Assembly (NCBI RefSeq): GCF_006345805.1
Contig: NC_042999.1
Span: forward strand, 37,572,001-37,636,000
Direction: 5' to 3'
DNA length: 64,000 bases
DNA from: Octopus sinensis
Taxonomy: Eukaryota
Made by a program: the position numbers and the translations under genes. Positions 39,901 through 52,215 of the stretch are shown here, piece by piece. The notes beneath the pieces were generated by a model, which was not told the DNA's origin, made no database searches, and saw nothing but the letters and a program-made list of their open reading frames with translations. Every line of letters begins with the position of its first letter. Position 1 is the first letter of the stretch.

Positions 39901-42900
39901 GGGGGTTGCATATAATAATGAAATGATAAAAAAACAAAAAGTAAGTATAGATGGTAAACACTGAAAAAGGCGATGTTACGGAATAAGTACTGGTGTACTT
40001 CCGGAAGTACCGGATACATTTCAAAAAAGTGTTTTTTTTATATATGGAGGGTTAGGGTTAGTGTTTCTGTTAGGGTTTGTGTTAGGGGTGGGAGAAAAGG
40101 GTTTCTGTTATCTTCAGAAATGTAAACAAAGTCACGTGTGTACATATACCGAAGCATTGCCACATACCCTAACCCTAACACAAACCCTAAACTCCCATAT
40201 ATAAAAAAAAAACACTTTTTTGAAATGTATCTGGTACTTCCGGAAGTACACCGGTACTTATACCGTAACATTGCCCTGAAAAAGAAGGGATGTATGCATA
40301 GCATACAAAGGTAACAAGGAAAAAACAACAACCTACTTGTTCATTTTCTCCACAAGTTTTGGACTGAATGACAAAGACCAGAGACAGAAGATTAGTTGGT
40401 ACTGGATCTGGAACCCAACTTTGCTTCCAGCCAGGACAGTGACGATACTGAAAGGAGAGTAAATGGTAGATTGATGATATATGATGATGACCAAATTGCA
40501 CATACACACACATACGTGTATGTGTGTGTGTATATATATATATACAAACAAATATACACATAAGCATAAAAGTACTATATAAAGTCTACCTTACATAGTT
40601 TAATAGTCTAATATCACACAGAAATGTTTACACATATACATGAATTGTCACAGATGCATGCACACAAGCATATACAATCCTTGACTAGAAAAACAGATAA
40701 AGGTTAGCATTAGAAAATACATCCAGTTGTTAAACAGTGCTTCAATATGTATTCATCCAACCCATGCACGCCATTGAAAGATGGATTTAAAATCATCATC
40801 ATCATCGTTTAACGTCTGTTTTCCATGCTAGCATGGGTTGGACGTTTTCACTGAGGGCTGGCGAACCAGATGGCTGCACCAGGCTTCAATATTGATCTGG
40901 CAGAGTTTCTACAGCTGGACACCCTAACGCCAACCACTCCGAGAGTGTAGTGGGGGCATTTACGTGCCACCGGCAAGAGGTCAGTCAGGTGGTACTGGCA
41001 ATGACCTTGCTCGAATCTTTTACACATGCCACCGGTACAGGTGCCAGTAAGGCGATGCTGGTAACGGTCACACTCGAATGGTGCCTTTTACCTGCTACCA
41101 GCACGGATGCCAGTTAGCCGCTCTGGCAATGATCACACTCAGATGGTGCTCTTAGCACCCTACTAGCACGGGGCTCAAGTGCCAGTAAGGTGATGCTGGT
41201 AACGATCACACTTGAATGGTGCCTTTTATGGGCCACTGACATGGAAGCCGGTTAGCTGCTCTGTCAACGATCACACTCGTATGGTGCTCTTTGCACCCCG
41301 CTGGCACGGATGCCAGTCATCGAATTTGATTTTGATTTCACTTGCCTCAACAGGTCTTTGCAAGCAGAGTTTGCGAAGACCTGTTGAGGCAAGTAATATC
41401 AAAATCAAAATCAAATTCGATGACTGGCATCCGTGCTAGCGGAGTGCAAAGAGCACCATACGAGTGTGATTGTTGACAGAGCGGCTAACCAGCTTCCGTG
41501 GAATGAACAAAAAAGTTTATGAATATCAGAGAGAGAATGAGAGAAGGAGGAGGAGGAAGGGAAGACATTCCCTAAAAAAATTGGTAGATATTTGAAAGAG
41601 ATCTGTGGACCATAATCTCAAAAGTACTCACGTTGAAATGCCATCAACGTCAACAAAGGCCTTTCTGTACAGTTCAATCCTGAGCATCATCTGAAGACAA
41701 CGGGCTGCGGTCTGTAGATATTCATTGTTCTGAAGGTACAAAAGACACCAGATCAGCAATACTAGCAGAATTATTAAATTAATGAAAACAATGCTTTTTA
41801 AGAAAATTTTTTTTTTTTGGTTTCAACTTTAAATGAATAGCTAACTTTGCTTTATAATTAGGTGCAGCCATGGCGGTGTGGTAAGAAGCTTGCTTCCCAA
41901 CCATGTGGCAGTAAGACTGCATAGCACCCTGAGCAAGTGTCTTCTGAAATAGCCTCGGGCTGACCAAAACCATATGAGTGGATTTGGTAGATGGAAACTG
42001 AAAATGGCCTGTCGTATATATGTGTGCCCCACCACTGCTTGACTACTGTCCCTGTAACTTGGCGGTTCGGCAAGACACCAATAAGTACCAAGCTTAGTAA
42101 AAGTACTGTGATTGATTAATTCGACTAAGAATTCTTCAAGGTGTTGCTTGAGCATGACTGCAGTCTAATGACTGAAGCAAGTAAAAGATAAAAGATATCA
42201 ATCAACTACTTGTGGCTTCTGAAGTTAAATAGACGTGAACTATGAAGAAGCCTATGAAAGAGACAGTAGTCCCTGTTCTTGAATGGTTGACTTTATCCAT
42301 CACACATGTTAACACCACCACATGGCCCTTGGGTAAACTTTAGCAATGTAAACCCCTGTGTTGTAAGAATTCAGACTACTAGTCTGAGGATAACTTCATC
42401 TTGAGTTCCTTCCGCTCTAATCACAAGTTTTTTTCTTCCCCACTCTGCACTACCTGTCTTGAAGGACCTACAAAAAAAATGTCTTGGATGCTACACTGCT
42501 TAAGTCATAAACCCTATCTCATCCCCCCAAAAGCCTCTTCAAATTTACAATAAAAATAAATAACACTATCCAATCCATTCCAGTTTGTGGAATGGTGGAT
42601 GATACTAAAATGGTAAACATATGACAAGTACAAAAATATAAAGAAAAAATCCTCTTCTAAATGTAACAGGTTTTGTAGGTGAGGGGCAATAAATTACATT
42701 ATAGCCACCCATAAATTCTTCAAATAATTTATCAATGACTTACAGGGAGTTTCAGTTGATCTTTCAGCCAGTTAAGATAAAATTCTAAGTCACTTTTATC
42801 CATTGGTTCTTTACCCCAACAAGCAATTTTGGCAATAATTCTGCTGGTCTGAAAAACATAAGGAAATAAATAAAAGATGTATATTGATTAGCTTTATGCA

Positions 42901-45900
42901 AACTTTAACCCTTTCATTACCAACCTGGCTGAAACTAGTTCTGGCTCTGAGTACAAATGTCTTGTTTTCATAAGTTTTGAATTAAAATTTTCCACCAAAT
43001 CTTACACACAAGTTGTGTTCCTAACACTAGCTGAATGATATAGCTAAGTTATTTTATAAATTCTTTATTATATTTAAAGTAATTGATAGAAACACAGAGC
43101 ATCTCAAAATAAATACAGTAATGAAATGGTTAATGTAGCAGAAATATTAATGAAACCTAAAATCAGCCTCGCCTGGCCCCCATGCCGGTGGCACGTAAAA
43201 AAGCACCATCCGATCGTGGCCGTTTGCCAGTCTCGTCTGGCACCTGTGCCGGTGGCACGTAAAAAGCACCCACTACACTCACGGAGTGGTTGGCGTTAGG
43301 AAGAGCATCCAGCCGTAGAAACATTGCCAGATCAGACTGGGCCTGGTGCAGCCTTCTGGCTTCCCAGACCCCAGTTGAACCGTCCAACCCATGCTAGCAT
43401 GGAGAACAGACGTTAAACGATGATGATGATGATGAATTGAAATTTTTTCTAATGACAGCAGCATTTTTGTGACTGTTGACGCCTTCTACTCGCAAGGTTT
43501 TCTTATTCCAGGCCAAACCAAAGGTGACAGATGACATGGAGGGGAATAAACAGGTGATGTAACCGATAACATGATGAGGGGAGTTGATGGCAAGTAAACT
43601 GTCCATCAGCACTGTATTACATCCATCACCAAGACATGAGGACAAATGACCAAATCTACCTAGACTTCAAAATGATGTCAGAAGACAGAAACAACATACT
43701 GTTGGTAGTATTGATGGTAAATGATAAAACTGATGAATATTTTGTTTAGATGCTCCAAACCATCAAAACGCCTTATATTTAGAAGGACACCAGATACATA
43801 GTCAGTGATGTCATCCAGTTTTACAGTGTCATGTGGTGCTTCAATAGGCAGATAACCTAGTGGTGCCCATCTCTCCATCTATGGTTAGATTTTGTCTTCT
43901 CTGTGAGAAGCTCTTCTTCCCTTTAATAAATGGTGTTTTTAACCCTACTGGGTATCCATACACCATAGTCACCTAGCAAACTGGGAGGAGTTGGTGGTTT
44001 AATCACTGGCTACCCAACTATAAGACAGGCTGTATATGGTTAAATGGTATTAGTGGCATATAGAATCTGACTTGATTATTTTAGTTGCAGCCACTATTGT
44101 TTGAAATCATACAAGGTTAGAACCTGAGTATTTGAATTGCCAAGACATGTTTAAAATAAGCTGAGAGGAAAGCAAGCTAATAGTGCCATATAAAGTTTAA
44201 AGACAAAATTTTCCTGTGGTACTTCAATAATCCAGTGAATTATGGGACTCAGCACTCAGAACATGAAAGTAGTACATCATCATGGCGGTTGTTAGCAGAA
44301 AACTTACTTCACTGCGGCTGTTATTAAGAGAAAAATATTCCAATGTGGCTGTTGTTAAAAGTTCTTGTATCTTGGCTCTGAAGAGGTTTCTTGGAGAGAG
44401 AGTACATATACATAATAGTTAGAAAAAGAAACAAAATAAAAGGCTGCTCACCTGGTTAACTATGAATCGATCACTTCTGTTCAGAAGGTGCAGGAAAGGG
44501 GTCCAAACTGATTCCCTGTTCTTGCGGGCGTAATCTCTGAAGATCTCGACATAAGACTTGTCCTCCTGGAATGCAGATATTTCAAAATTTATTCACCATC
44601 ACGCTAACAAAGTAACAGTTTTATTATGTTGCCAAATTAAATTCAATAAGATTAATTAATATCAAGGAATTACTTCAAACATTTTGTACCATATCAGAAG
44701 AAAGTCTTATGTGATAAAAGGCTGTCATGCCCATAGAAATGATTTACTTTAAAAACTCATGTAATTTAGGCACTTTTTTTCGCAAAAGTAAAAATAAGCT
44801 TTAGTGGGTGCATAAATTACATGAGTATGTAGAGTACACTTGAGTGAAGTCCCTCTACCCTTTATTATATATACGTACATACGAATGTACTCTTTTACTT
44901 GTTTCAGTCATTTGACTGTGGCCATGCTGGAGCACCGCCTTTAGTCGACCAGATCGACCCCAGGACTTATTCTTTGCAAGCCTAGTACTTATTCTATCAG
45001 TCTCTTTTGCCGAACTGCTAAGTTACAGGGATGTAAACACACCAGCATCAGTTGTCAAGCATGTTGGGAGGACAAACAGACACACAAACATATACACACA
45101 CACACACCTACACACACACACACATATATATATATATATTTATATATATATATACGACGGGCTTCTTTCAGTTTCTGTCTACCAAATCCACTCACAAGGC
45201 TTTGGTCTGCCTGAGGCTATAGTAGAAGACACTTGCCCAAGGTGCCACACAGTGGGACTGAACCCGGAACCATGTGGTTGGTAAGCAAGCTACTTACCAC
45301 ACAGCCACTCCTACGCCTTAGCAGATAACACTCCTATGTCTTAGCAGATAACAGCTAACCTTTGGCTGCTATTTGGACCCAGTTGTGTCCACTGCTCTGA
45401 TTGGTTGGTACTGGCACAATTTGTCTATTACTGTTGCGTCAATATGCAGCATATAACCAGTCGAAGCCCCTAAATAACATCATGTGAGACAGCCTTTTCT
45501 CAATCTCGCTTGAGCATACTGTTCATTATAGAAATTCAGCTACTCTTCGTCTTGATGCCTTTGGTTCCAGACCTTCTAAGGTCTAGCCACTGGCCACACA
45601 AGACACAACCAGTTCCAGCGACAATGCCAGATGCCCAGGTTTCAACACAGCACTGCTCATGAATTACTTCACCTTGGATCAACAGAAAAGATACACCCTG
45701 CGAGCCAGACAACACCCATCCAACAGCATTATGGCAATCTCTTTCTTCGTTTGCTATATCTTCTTAATGACGTCAACAATATCTCTATGTACACAGCAAC
45801 TAGCAACACTGCACAGGTTCTAACATGGCACTGTTTGTGAATTACTTCACCATGGTTAACTGCAAATACAACCTGCAAGAACTCATGTACAAGTAACCCA

Positions 45901-48900
45901 GGCAGCAGCATTACAGCCACAACTTTGTATGACACATACCGCAACTCTGGCGTAGCATCATTGTCACAACTTCTTGATACAGTATTTCAATGACTGTATA
46001 CAAGTGACTATGAAACTGGTATTTCTCATTCTTGTGTCTATGAACATTTGTCTAACTTCTCATTATAGACTCTTTCACTTTCTTCTTCATTGTTGTTCTT
46101 ATATGTAGCACACGCATACATCATGTACATACATGCACTTTGTTCTCATGATGGCCTGTCTATTATTCTGTATACATGACACACATGCAGCCATACATGT
46201 TAACCCATCAATAAATGTTCTCTCTCAAATATTGTATTCGGTTGTGTTATTGCTCTTTTCCCTCACTGGCACAGGATATGTATTATTCCAGCCTTCAGAA
46301 CAGATTCATTATTAAATGGGAACAGCACACTTCCCCTTGACCATCTAAATGTAGATCGTTTCCAGAACTTGTTTTCAAATTTTTTTTGTTGAAAAAAAGA
46401 TGTACAAAATGTAAACATTCGTACTGGAAGTTGACTCCTGTCAGAATAGGTTTTTACAGAAAAAATAATGGCTTAAATTTGCATAATGAAGTTGACTTTT
46501 ATTTATATAATACTTACTTTTCCTGTATAAATTTACTAAAACCACTAAATGGTTAGCTAGCTTTTGAGGTCTGACATTCATGCTAGTAAACAGTCTGGGC
46601 CATATTTTACATTGCTTGGAGTTTCTACCTATCGCAATGGAGCACATATTTAATTTCTCCTTCGCAGTGAACGATTCATAAGTTCTGCCCATACTGACAA
46701 TAATGGTAACAACAAATTTTAAAGTTTGCTTGACATTTTATAAGTGTGAAAGGGATTAAAATTTTGATACTCCGTATCAAATGTTCTGACAAGAATAGGC
46801 TTGATCGGTCACCTTCCTCTGTCAGCTGAGTAAAGTGTTATCTAAGCTGATGTTTATGGGTAATTAAACTTAATTTGCAACACCAGTTTTGTTTTTGTCA
46901 GTAATTCTCACCAACAATTTTTTCTGTGATCGTGATTTGAAAAGACATAGAACAGTATGCTAAGGATCGGACATAATCTCTTGTGGGCAAGAAATGTAAA
47001 ATAAAGTTTATTATAAAGAACACATAGCTTTCAATGTTATACCTGTTAATAAAATCTAATTAGAAGTGAAATTATGCTAAATACAACTAAATTGAAAACC
47101 TTTTTCCTCTGGTTATATCAGCAATTCTCAAAACTTTTAGGTGCGAATTTAACATAAGTAGAAGCTTTTTTTTAACAAATTTTATACTGAAAAAATCACC
47201 TTTTAGCCAACTTTTACAACATACAACAACACAGTACACCTATTCTAAAACTGGAATACACATGGTAATAGGATACACATATTAAAAGAATACACCTAAT
47301 AGATAATTAATATATAACTATAAATTATAGCTAAAAAATAATATATATCTAAAAGTTATAATTAACCCTTTCCTTGCAAAAATCAGATATATCCTCTCAA
47401 AATTTCATTACCCTTTACTGCAGAAAGCAGTTTTATATACAAATGTATCTTTTACTGAGGAATGTCTTGTTTGAAACTATTTCTTGTAAGATATGGTCAA
47501 GTTTATTACAACAATGTATCTTGCAAAAAATACCAATTCTATTTTTTGGTAGATATTTAACATCATTACTGAAATAACTATGAGAGTTAGTTTCACAGTC
47601 AAAGAGTTAGAAATAAATGAGTTAAAATAAAAATAGGATTACCTTCAGAATGTCATCACAAACGGTGAGAATATATTGCAAGGTTTGATCTTTGGCAATG
47701 TGGTTCATTAAATTAATAAATGTTTTAGCAAACTGTAAATAGAAAATGATAAAAACAAAAATAATAAAGAGTCAGTTAACAGTGAACTGGTAGTTGTTTA
47801 ACTACAGATCAGCCATCATCAAAGCAGATCTATGATCAAAGGTGTTCCAGATGTGACCAACAGGTTTTTTTTTATTTGCCTTTTTTTAAGACAGTAGGGT
47901 GTTAGTTATACAAGATTTGGTGGTTGTTTCTGGCAGATTGAATGACCATGCAGAGATGCAAACATAACTCAGTGGTTAAGAAGATCACTTTGCAACCATG
48001 TGGTTTTTGGTTCAATCCTACTGCACAACACCATGAGCAAGTACCTTCTACTACAGCTCTGGGCTGACCAATGCCTTGTGAGTGAATTTAGTAGACAGAG
48101 GCTGTGTGGAAACCTGTTGTGTGTATGTGTGTGTGTATTTGCCCCTAGCCTACACTTGACAACTGGTGTTGGTTTGTTTATGTCCCTGTAACTTAGCAGT
48201 TTGGCAAAAGAGACCAACAGACTAAGTAACAGGTTAAAAAAAAACGGGTTAACCAACTATTTTACAGAGCATCAATTTAAAAAAAAAAATTTTCATCTTG
48301 TGAAGATCTAAGTTGAAGACTTTGTAAGTTCTCTCAGGATGGGTACCAGTAGAGAGAGATGAACAAAAATACTTGTTCAAGCAATACAGAAACATTTAAA
48401 TTTGCAGAACTATTCCAAGCATGCTTATTGAATCACATCGACTTTCCCATGATGCCATGAGCTGGATGACTCTGCCGCCAACCTTTTGTCAGATAAAGAG
48501 ATATTTGCCGATCTGGTTATGACATAATTGTTATTCTCCTTTGATTAAAAAATTAAAACAAAATACATGTAAAATGGAAACAAAATAAGAAAGATTTATA
48601 CCTGCATAGGGGTTTCAGCTAACATGCGTTTCTTAACCTCGATGTTGTTTTGGTCAAACTTTGAGACAAACATGTAGTCTTCCTGAGAGATCATCTGGCC
48701 CCTAAATTCAAAGAAAGAAATCAATTATAAATGTAGAGTTTTCAGAGGAAGAGCTGGCATAAATATAATTTGGAAGGGCAGGACAGACAACATCTGTTAT
48801 ATTTAGAGTGTATCTACTTCGCTGTAAGCTGAGAGTATGTCCCCAACACCATCTCATCTTCATCACCATCATCTCTCTTCCCTTTCTTTTCCCCTCTCTT

Positions 48901-51900
48901 TCAACCTGAGGCAGCCGTGTTTCCTGTTGCAAGACACCTTTTTTGACCCTCAGTATTACTCACCCCCTCAGTTGATGGGCCTTGTCTTACAAGTTACGTG
49001 GTGACCTCCCTGGTGCTGGTGTCATAAAAAGCATCTATTACACTTTGTAAAGTGATTGGTATTAGGAAAAGCATCCATCCACAGAACCATGCCAAAGCAA
49101 ACAGCTTGGTGCAGCCTTATGTCTTGCCAGATCCTGTCAAACAGTCCAACCCAATCAGTTGATATTGCATACATATTTGTATGTGATACTATTTAAAATT
49201 TTCTTGGTGAAAAAGGCGGTGATCAGGCAAAATCATTAGCATGCCAAACAAAATGCTTAACAGTATTTTGTCCATCTTTATGCTCTGTTGAGGTTGACTT
49301 TGCCTTTTATCCTTTCAGAATCAATAAAAGAAACATCAGTTGAGTACTGGGGTCGATATAATTGATTTACCCCCTCCCCAGAAATCACTGGCCTTGTGCC
49401 AAAAATTTGAATATTTTGTTGGTGGAAGCTGTCTCCAAGTAAAGTGTGTTTCTGTGTATTTTCAGTAAGAATGATTGATTTATGCCAGCAATTTGAAAGA
49501 AAAGCCAAAGAATCTCAAGATAAAAGGATACTTACTGGAGGTAACATTGCCAGTTGATACGGTTAGCTCTGATATCATTAGCATGTCTCTGCAGTGTACT
49601 AGTGGCTGTTTGAGCACCTGATGAAAAAAAAAAATATATATATATTAAAACATTTATAATAATTATTGTCATTGTAATAATCATACTTAATTCTTGCTGT
49701 TCTCATGGGCTGGGTGAAGCTTGCGTCAAAGTTATCTTGTTAGGTGGACTACAAATGTTTCATGTATCATATTTTTTGCCATACAAGTTAAATTTTTCAG
49801 ACCAAAATTTACAACCACAAAAAAAAAAAAAAGAAAAAAAAAGTAGGTTGACTTTTACACCAAGATGACTTCAGAGGACCAAAAATTCCATGTGAAATGC
49901 GGCGGGATTTGGTAAGATAGTGACAATGTTTGAATGTTCAGATGATATACTAAGATGACTTCTATGTCAGAAGAGATGGTTATTATTTCTTGCTTTTCTC
50001 ACGAGTTGGGTGAAGCTAGTGTATGTAAAAGTTACCTTGGAGATGTTTTATAATAAAAGGTAATTTTAACATACAATGAACTGAGTTTTGACTTACAATT
50101 CTATATTTAAGAGATGAGGAATTATGTACATTATTTAAATTTGACAGATATTTGTCCTCATCTTGTTTGTTGTTAACACAACGTTTCAGCTGATATACCC
50201 TCCAGCCTTCTTTAGGTGTCTTGGGGAAATTTCAAACCTGGGTTCTCATTCCTAATGGTATTTTTCGATATTATTATTATTATTATTATTATTGTTGTTT
50301 TTGTTCAGGTCACTGCTTGGAATTGAACTTGAAATCTTGGGGTTAGTAGCCCGCGCTCTTAACCACTATGCTATATGCCCGTGAGTATATGTTTTGACTT
50401 GATTGGATCCCGTTTCTCTTTACTCCAGAACCACAGCCAATATGTCATCCTTTTTTAGCAAGACTATGAAATTTGAGAGCTTAAGTTATTTCTAGCAGGT
50501 CACATGACCATGTAGAGGCTCTTTCATTGATTAGTTGTTAGTTATAATACATCATGGTTTGTGAAGATACATGCTTTATAAACCTGTGCCTTCTCACAGT
50601 ACCAAAAGCTAGTCATAAGGTCAGAGAATTATTGTTGTTCGATATATGAAAGGAGGACAGCTTTATTGATGCATTCAATGACTGAGTTACTTTGGGTGAA
50701 AATGCAGTTAACGCATAGAAGCACAAGGAAGCAGGAATATGTTTTGTTTATGTCATTCGTAGTCTTTCTACAGTCAAGGCATGACCAAATATAAAGAGGT
50801 TCACTTTGCAATCACAAAGCTGTGGGTACAATCTTATGGAAAATGTCAGTCATTAGAGCCTTCAGATGGTCCAAGTGTTGAGTGACCTTGGAATATGGAA
50901 ACCATTTGGAAGCCGATTGGATGGAATGCACCAGTAATTCAAAGGCCAGCTTTGTCACACAGACTGTGTTGACTCTGCCACAAGAATCACCTTAGGGTAC
51001 ATGTATTTTATTTCTTTATTGCCCACAAGGGGCTAAACATAGAGGGGACAAACAAGGACTGACAAACGGATTAGGTCGATTACATCGACCCCAGTGTGTA
51101 ACTGGTACTTAATTTATCAACCCCGAAAGGATGAAAGGCAAAGTCAACCTCGGCAGAATTTGAACTCAGAACGTAATGGCAGACGAAATACTGCTAAGCA
51201 TTTTGCCCGGCGTGCTAATGTTTCTGCCAGCTCACTGCCTTATGGGTTGGACGGTTCGTCTGGGGTCTGGGAAGCCAGGAGGCTACGCCAGGTTCCAGTC
51301 TGATCTGGCAGTGTTTCTACAGCTGGATGCCCTTCCTAATGCCAACCACTCTGTTAGTGTAGTGGGTGCTTTTTATGTGCCACTGGCACAGTGTCCAGAG
51401 GTGCCTGGCAAACGGCCACGGTCGGTTGGTGCTTTTTACATGTCACTAACATGGATGCCAGTCAGGCAGCGCTGGCATCAGCCACGTTCGGATATATATA
51501 TATAACAAAGAAATGGAAAAAGTTCAAGTCAGGCAAACTACAATTAACACATAGATGTATGGATTTAATAAAAAAAATTGTCCAAAATAAAACATATATT
51601 GATATATTAGAAATATATATAAAAATATATAAATATTAGAAATATATATGGACATATAAATATATGTATATAAACATAGTAATAATATAATGAAATACAG
51701 GATTATAGACAAAAACATTTTTAAAAAGAACTGAAAATATAGTAAAGAGAAAATATAATAGGCATAAAAAAAAAACAAAAAAAAAACCCTCCCCTCAACT
51801 CCTGGGAAAATTTTTCCTCACAAATTTCTTTATAATTGTAATCTATGCAGTTTGAAGGTATTTGTATAAAATTTCATTAAAAGATATCCATTTTTCTGAA

Positions 51901-52164
51901 AGTTATGTGGAAAAAAATTGAGTGATGAGTATTTTCCGAAAGTCCTCTCTCCACTTCCAGTCCGTTTGCACGAATTGTGGTTTCCAGATTTGTTTATTAT
52001 ACATTTTTTTTTACACTTAATACATTTGTTTTTTTTTTATTTTGGTGGCCGGGTGTTCAACTAGATATTAACCACATGTTTTTTTTTTTTGGTTATTTGG
52101 ATATTTTAGGTCACAGTGAAAACATCACGAGGATAATGTAATGCTTACGATTAGTCATACTTAA

Positions 52165-52215
<51 letters not shown>

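Noticed and set aside
40050-40190. Interstitial telomere or fusion site
   Set aside because: The repeats are short, degenerate and internal to a TIR element with a TSD.
42452-42466. Possible counterpart of the vertebrate 18-aa alternative segment in intron 6
   Set aside because: An acceptor is present, but it gives 14 nt with a weak donor or an in-frame stop.
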